Shown piece after piece: positions 56,886 to 64,000 of a stretch of 64,000 nt of DNA. The notes beneath the pieces were generated by a model. It ran no database searches. It was not told the DNA's origin and saw only the letters and a program-made list of their open reading frames with translations. Position numbers and translations under genes: made by a program. Origin of the DNA: Octopus vulgaris (lineage: Eukaryota); NCBI GenBank assembly GCA_951406725.2, contig OX597836.1:50158001-50222000 (forward strand), read 5' to 3'. Position 1 is the stretch's first letter. Every line of letters begins with the position of its first letter.

Positions 56886-57850
56886 ATGTGTGAATAACCA
56901 CCACCACCACCATCACCATCACCAGCACTATGTTCCTCTGCAGGACTGTCTGTCTGCCTGTCTGTTCGGTGTTGAGTGGTGATGGAGATGGTGTTTGTCT
57001 AGTGGTAGTAGGCGGATGGTGGGGCTGTATAAGGTGGTGATGCGTGCTTGTATGTCTGTGTGTATGTGTGTGTGCGTGTGTGTGTGCGTGTTTATGTAGC
57101 AAACATGGTTGTATGTAAGTGTGTGTGTATGTGTATGTGTGTGTGTGTGTGTAGTGTAACTACCCCCCATCCAACTCTGCGTGTTTGTGTGTAGCATAAT
57201 CCCCCCCCATTACACCCCCACCCTGACCCAAACTACCTCTCCCATCCCTTTGCCCTTCTCCTGAATATCTTGTCAGGTAAATCCAGGTAAATCCAGGTAA
57301 ATCCTGCTACGGGTGTTCAGTACTACTCGTTTCTTGATTGGGTGGTTGGTGGCTAAACCGAAGCCCCACCACCTGATTTCTCAGGTAAAGAAGGACACCA
57401 TGCAAGGATGGAAAACAAGACCTGTCAAAGGACGGATTAGCCCATTGTGACTGAACAACCATCCACATTTGCAGTTTCTTGCAAAAAAAAAGAACCATCT
57501 TGCACGTGCGGTTGGAAAACCACACCGTCGGTCCAAGATTGTGGCTGTGAAAACTCCAATGAAAGACAGACTCAGTTCTCTAGTTGGAGTCGATGTGCGT
57601 GAGTGATGTAGCGTAGAAGCAGAGGAAAGCAATGTTCAAGGATTCTCTCTCTCTCTTTCTTTCTGTATATATATATATATGTCTGCCACCACGTTATGAG
57701 TTCAAATTCCGCCAAGGTTGACTTTTCCTTTCATCCTTTCGGGGTCGATAAAATAAGTACCAGTTACGCACTGGGGTTGATGTAATTGACTTAATCCGTT
57801 TGTCTGTCCTTGTTTGTCCCCTTTGTGTTTAGCCCCTTGTGGGGAGTAAA

Positions 57851-57988
<138 letters not shown>

Positions 57989-57990
57989 AG

Positions 57991-58039
<49 letters not shown>

Positions 58040-58041
<2 letters not shown>

Positions 58042-58655
58042 CAAAAATAAGCAACAAGAATGGATCCGGTAATTTAGTACAATTGTTTCATACTATTAAA
58101 GCTGCAAATATTACAGCGAATATAATATGTCAAGTAATCTTCAGCTAAATTTCATATAGGTTTTCCAATAATGTAAAGTTCTCAAATCAATTAGTAACAT
58201 CTTAGAGAGTGTAAATATACCGATAAAGTTGTGGATATGAGTTTGAGGAACTTGAAGAAGGATGCCAGTCAGACCGAGATTAAGTTCACATCTAACTTAA
58301 TCTCGGTCTGACTGGCATCCTTCTTCATGTTTCCTCAAACTCATATCTACAACTTTATCGGTATATTTACACTCTCTAAGATGTTACTAATTGATTTGAG
58401 ATCTTTACATTATTGGAAAACCTATATGAAATTTAGCTGAAGATTACTTGACATATTATATTCGCTGTAATATTTGCAGCTTTAATAAATTGTTATAGTA
58501 TGAAACAATTGTACTAAATTACCGGATCCATTCTTGTTGCTTATTTTGGGTTATAATCACCCCACATAATTTTATGGGTAATACCATAAAAAATTCTGGT
58601 GCATCTAAATTAAGTACCATATTCATTTGAATCTAAATTGTTTTGCTGAACTTTT
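58040..58655. mobile_element. Penelope-like pseudo-LTR fold-back: near-perfect palindrome 58040-58551 (7-nt loop 58287-58293) plus tail
   Basis: Arms of ~247 and ~257 bp differ by a few substitutions and a 10-nt indel. The element is flanked by (TA)n. Confidence 0.85.
58430..58520 (+). ncRNA. Type I hammerhead ribozyme-like motif, canonical core (mirror copy 58071-58151 on minus)
   Basis: aatttag-CTGAAGA-ttac...gtat-GAAA-caattg-TA-ctaaatt, with a 7-bp stem I, palindromic stem III and GUA cleavage triplet. Confidence 0.75.
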
Positions 58656-59152
58656 ATATATATATGCATACATGCTTAGGTGAACTTGAGAGGAATGTAA
58701 ATTGAGAACGTGGAAGAAGGACACATCAGGGGCTCTTACTCATTTTTTATCGGTCCACCCCTTTGAAATACTATTTTATTCTGGTGAACCCCCATAACCG
58801 TTTGATGCTTAAAAATTAGTTTTATAGCAACTTCTTTCAAAATTCCATTTTTCTGCATTTTTTTGCTATACATACACCTAAACCAAAATTTTTTCAAAGG
58901 CCCTTAAAATACCATTGTGGATTCCCAATTTAATATTTTGTTGCGTGGTCCCCCCAAACTTTTATGTGGAATCTCTGGAACCATATTGACTCCAGTTGGA
59001 ACCACTAGATTAGGTTTTCATTTCAAATCCGCGCCAAGTCCACTTTAGCATTTATCTTTCAAAGGACAATAAAATAACCACCAAAGTTGGTGCAGTCGAC
59101 TGGATTCTAGAAAGAGGTTTGCTTGCGGTCTAATGGCTGAACCCATTAAACG

Positions 59153-59190
<38 letters not shown>

Positions 59191-59277
59191 CTATATCTAT
59201 CTATCTATCTATCTATCTATGCATGTATGTATGTATGTATGTATGTATGTATGTATGTATGTATGTATGTATGTATG

Positions 59278-59312
<35 letters not shown>

Positions 59313-59333
59313 GTGTGTGTGTGTGTGTGTGTA

Positions 59334-59643
59334 GAGGCGCAATGGCGCAGTGGTTAGATTAGCGGACTCGCGGTTGTAGGATCGCGGTTTCGATTCCCAG
59401 ACCGGGCGTTGTGAGTGTTTATTGAGCGAAAACACCTAAAGCTCCACGATGCTCCGGCAGGGGGTGGTGGCGATCCCTGCTGTACTCTTTCGCCACAACT
59501 TTCTCTCACTCTTTCTTCTGTTGGCCTGCTCGCTTAACCAGCGGGGTGGCGTCATTTGAAGGCTAAAACAATGCGAAGCGCATTGTGACCAGCGATGTGT
59601 AGCAACATCTGATAGCCTGGTCGGTCACGGTGATCACAGTGAT
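59334..59643 (+). mobile_element. tRNA-headed SINE family D, CpG-rich (young)
   Basis: A-box TGGCGCAGTGG, B-box GGTTTCGATTCCC, and tail cacggtgatcacagtgata. Confidence 0.88.
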
Positions 59644-59651
59644 ATATATAT

Positions 59652-59825
59652 AGGGAGAATTCACAACAAAAAAAAAACTAAGACAGGTGGTGTAGACAAC
59701 AAACAGATTTATTAGTTTAATGCTCGGGAAGTGAAAAAGTCTTTAATGTTTCGAGCCAACGCTCTTCCACAGAAAGAAACACAAAAACAAACAAGTAGAG
59801 AATGTGTTGTAGCTAGCGATCTTCT

Positions 59826-59828
<3 letters not shown>
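59652..59828 (-). mobile_element. Penelope-like pseudo-LTR fragment with hammerhead-like motif at 59741-59776
   Basis: Minus strand cttt-CTGTGGA-a-gagc.gttg.gctc-GAAA-catt-aaag. Confidence 0.6.
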
Positions 59829-59861
<33 letters not shown>

Positions 59862-61107
59862 GGTTGCTATGACAACCGCTGCTCCAAAAACTTTATTGTT
59901 TTTATTTTGTCAAAATTTAAATCAGCTGATTTAGCAGGAGTTGCCTCCCGTAGTTACTCTTTTCTTTTCTTTTCCTTTTCTTTTCGTTTTTTATTATTAT
60001 TTTTTTGTTGACTCATTAAAAAGATTTGTCTTCAAATTGCACAAATATTATTACTTAGGCACAAAGCCTGAAATTGTTGTTGGGGAAGCATTCGATTACA
60101 TCGACCCCAGGGCTCAACTGGCACCTTTTTTATCGATCAGGAACGGATGAAAGGCAAAGCCAACCTCGGCAGAATTTGAACTCAGAACGTAAAGACGGAC
60201 AAAATGACACTACGCATTTTGTTCGGCGTGCTCAAGAATCTTACAACATATTACAACACGACCGTTCTATGATTTACACCATACAGAATACTCCCGTAAG
60301 AAAACTCATTTTATCGAACCGCTAAGTTATTGGGACCTAAGCAAATTACCAGTAGTCAACCTGTCAGATACACACACACGCACGCACACTGAAAATTGTT
60401 TTCAACGCCGGTTCGTAGATTTTGTAGTGTTATGCAGTGAAGAGGGTGAATAACTAGATTGTACATTGAATGGTGCTCTGTTGTACGTCGGAGGCATTTC
60501 ATCGCTGACTGGGAGCGTCCAGCGGTCGATGAAGCTGCCTAAAACAACAGCTATATAAACCTCACATCATACCACACAGTGTTTAATAACTGTTTCTAAT
60601 TCGGCAGAAGCACAGTTAAATGCGGAGCAACAAGTTATTTTTGTGATGAACAAAATATTATTTTTTAACACTAAAAAATATATCCATCACATTAGCTTCA
60701 ACGACAATTCTCCTTGACAAAGGCAAGGGACAGAACTCAGTTCTTTAAGATCATAAAGTTCTCTACCTTGCCCTTTTTTTGCGAGAACTGTCATTAGCAC
60801 TAATTATCTCTCTCCCTCTCATTATTTACTGCTGAGAATGAATCAGTTATATCGCGAATTAGTTGATTTAGTTATTTAACAAAACACCAAAAATTGTTTT
60901 ATTCATTTTCCATTTATTTTTAAATAGTTCAGTCACCTGGAAAAGTTGGTTGCACATCAACAACCTGATCGCTTCCATTCAGATTGAAGTACGTTAACCT
61001 ATACTTGACTACATATTCTTCCTACAGAAGGCATCCCTGGGAAATTTCTCAATTTCATTACTTTAATTTTCCAAATCTTGGAATAATCTTCATACATACA
61101 TACATAC

Positions 61108-61166
<59 letters not shown>

Positions 61167-61402
61167 CTCTCTTTTACTCTTATACTTGTTTCAGTCATTT
61201 GACTGCGGCCATGCTGGAGCACCACCTTTAGTCGAGCAAATCGACCCCGGGACTTATTCTTTGTAAGCCCAGTACTTATTCTATCGGTCTCTTTTTGCCG
61301 AACCGCTAAGTGACGGGGACGTAAACACACCAACATCGGTTGTCAAGCGATGGTGGTGGGGCGGGGACAAACACAGACACACAAACATATACACACACAT
61401 AC

Positions 61403-61465
<63 letters not shown>

Positions 61466-61640
61466 TATATAAATATACGACAGGCTTCTTTCAGTTTCCG
61501 TCTACCAAATCCACTCACAAGGCTTTGGTTGGCCCGGGGCTATAGCAGAAGACACTTGCCGAAGATGCCGCGCAGTGGGACTGAACCCGGAACCATGTGG
61601 CTGGTAAGCAAGCTACTTACCACACAGCCACTCCTGCGCC
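61167..61640 (-). mobile_element. SINE family A, full length and young (octopus OR-like; family name not verified)
   Basis: A-box TGGCTGTGTGG, B-box GGTTCAGTCCC, internal (TA)/(TG) tract, and tail gtaaaagag. Confidence 0.88.
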
Positions 61641-64000
61641 TACACACATGCATGCACGTACATACAGACATATACACACGCATACATGCATATGCATAGA
61701 CATAAACATACATATGTACAAACATACATGCAAGCATACACACCCACCTACATACAAACATGCATGCCTATACATATATGCAGACATATCTATACATACA
61801 CATACATGTTGTGTGGGGGGGGGGACGCCCTTCGTTTCCTTCTTTGTTGCAGCGCCTCTTTCTTTTCGTCTTTCTCTTTCCTCCCCCAAAGTTTAACCTT
61901 ATTTCAACTAAATAGGAAAAGGTTAGCCTCTGATTCTTTTAAGTAAATGAGAGAGATCGGGGGGGGGGGGTGAGAAAGAAGAAACAGAAGGTGACTGAGC
62001 GGAGGGGGGAGAGAGAGAGAGAGAGAGAGAGAGATAAAGAGAGGAAGGTGTAGAGATGGGTATAAAGAGAATGAGTGGTAGAGAAAAAGCAGGCAGCGGA
62101 GTGGGAAAGAAAGAATGAAACGAAATAAAGACGAGACTCGTTGGTGGTTGTTGGCAAAGCTGGAGCAAGAGAGAATGTGAAGAACTCTGAATATGTGTGT
62201 GTCCGTGTGTCCGTGTGTGTGATGTTGCTGTTGCAGCATTTTCTGTCTGGAGCTGCCAGGGATGGAGGAGGGGGAGGGGAGGAGGAGGGAGGAAGGAGGA
62301 GGGAGGAGGAGGAGCGACAGACATATTCGCCTCCTGCTGCCTGTTGCCACACTTCTGTTCTCTTCTTAACTTTTGCTGTCTCAGTCTGCCGCGGATGGGT
62401 CGACGCATATCTAAAAGCACACACACACACATTTATGCATATATGCATAAATTTATGTATGGATGTATGTGTGTATGTGTGTATGTGTGTATGTATGTAT
62501 GGATGTATGGATGTATGTACACGAGTGGGGTGAGTCAGGTAGCAGACAGAGAGGGAGAAAGAGAGAGAGAGAGGGGGAAAGAGGAAATTTAATAAAGTTG
62601 ATAAAAAGCTCAAGCTTATAATTTCCTATTGTTTCATCTGTCAAAGCTTCCGAATTGCTTTCAAGGAACCCCAGCAGCAATAAAATAAAGGTTGGGAGTC
62701 GTCGCGGAAAAGCGGAGAGAAAACGTGTCCAGCGAAGGAATAATGATGAGAAAGGTGATGGCGGCGGCGGCGGTAGGGGTGAGGGTGTGACATTAAACCA
62801 TAACGACAGATGCAAAATGTTTAAGTATTTAGAGACCAGTTTTATTCGAGAGAATGTTGTTAGCAGTTGTTACTGTTCGATGATTGCTGTTGTCTGTCTT
62901 TTTAAGCCTCGACAGAAAAAGGAGTTTGTCAGGGCAGGGGAGATCACTCTTACTGGCTATTTTCACCTTTGGCGCCTTTGCTCTGTGCTTTGTCGATGCC
63001 TCGGAAATTGCATTTTAATATCGATCTCTAATCGAACAGATATTGAGTGGGACTGATAACCTTATCCTCGATAGCCTTATCAAAGAGAAATACAATTATA
63101 AATTCCAAATCTATCTGCTGCAACCGTAGCCCATAGGTTTCTCCTCAACTTTTATTGCCGGCTGAACCATGAGCTGAGATTCTGAATGGCCCGAAACACA
63201 AGCTTAACACGAACTGCACCATTAACAGTCTTCTCCAGTTGGAGGACAGAAGTAAAATAAATAAAAATTCTTGATGTTGGCGATACCAGCACCGAAATCT
63301 AAAACTGGGTTGCTTTGGCCCAGATATGACAGACCAAAGTGCGGAAGAACTTCTCGGAGAGATTCCTGGTCGAAGGAAAAGCTAAGGAACTAAAGCAAAT
63401 AAAAGATCAGGTTCCTTTAATCGGCTGACCATAGAAAGCAGGAGACCTCGGAGGAGCACTGGTTTACAGCTTGACACGCTTTGTAGAACTCAGGTTCTAC
63501 AAATCTGATCCCACTTTTGACTGAATTGTTTAGGGAGCAATTGAACCTTTCGAATGTGAATACAGTCCAAAGATGACAAAATAGCCAAGAAGGGCAGGAA
63601 AAGTTCCTGAGACAAAATTCTTTGTTGAGGTTGCTGACGTTGAGAGAATTCTCGAGGGATTTATCTCCGGAGGAAGATATCTTTAGCTCCAGTATAATAC
63701 CTGGTTAAGAGGAAGAAACCAATAAATGTCGATGTCCACAACAGGTATGCATGGTACAACGACTTATCTGAGTGTATGCAGGTTCAATCTCTTACAAGGG
63801 ACGCAATAAGTTATACAAATCAAGCGAATCGTATTTTGTTTTAAGGAAGATGAATGTCTGAATGTCGCCGACTTCTTTGTCCTGCAGGATGACTTCACCA
63901 ACCACAGTCGCGATAACTTAAGAGGAACTCAGCAATTCAGTGAAACATTCGCATTTGAGGATCAGCAAAAGGATGCTAGAACTAAAGGTCACCTCTTCTA

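Noticed and set aside
57274-57303. CAGGTAAATC x3 as a transcription-factor site cluster
   Set aside because: A short perfect tandem is readily explained by slippage, and there is no other support.
59334-59410. tRNA gene (also 22216-22290, 51105-51180 and family A/B heads)
   Set aside because: A/B boxes are present but run into multi-copy SINE bodies, and I could not form a complete cloverleaf.
62655-63056. 133 aa ORF as a host gene start (e.g. protocadherin)
   Set aside because: No signal peptide, cadherin motif or other recognisable domain.
63057-64000. ORF in a TAA/TAG=Gln (ciliate-type) code
   Set aside because: Frame +3 has several in-frame TGAs up to 63522. The TGA-free remainder (~158 codons) is compatible with chance across six frames, and the peptide is unrecognisable.

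Overview
This is repeat-saturated, AT-rich eukaryotic intronic or intergenic DNA. The tRNA-headed SINE families, RTE tails ending in (GAT)n and extreme microsatellite load point to an octopus or other coleoid cephalopod genome (inference). I recognise no intact host protein-coding gene, and nearly all track ORFs are microsatellite artefacts. By hand translation I identified these decayed mobile elements: Penelope-like elements (two different GIY-YIG fragments and one RT fragment), RTE-clade LINEs (one with a PHD-like Cys cluster), an R4/Dong-type RLE fragment sitting in (TAA)n, a Tx1/L1-like 3' end, three non-autonomous Helitrons, several MITEs and four SINE families. The most interesting structure is a set of about 11 minimal type-I hammerhead-ribozyme-like motifs in Penelope pseudo-LTR remnants. 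Several lie in long fold-back palindromes, and some have variant cores. Also present are a near-identical ~0.7 kb tandem duplication, a 3.25 kb polypurine satellite with higher-order structure, and an unexplained microsatellite-free, ORF-less 1.2 kb block at the window end. I cannot support a genuinely new biological system from sequence alone; hammerheads in Penelope elements are an established association.
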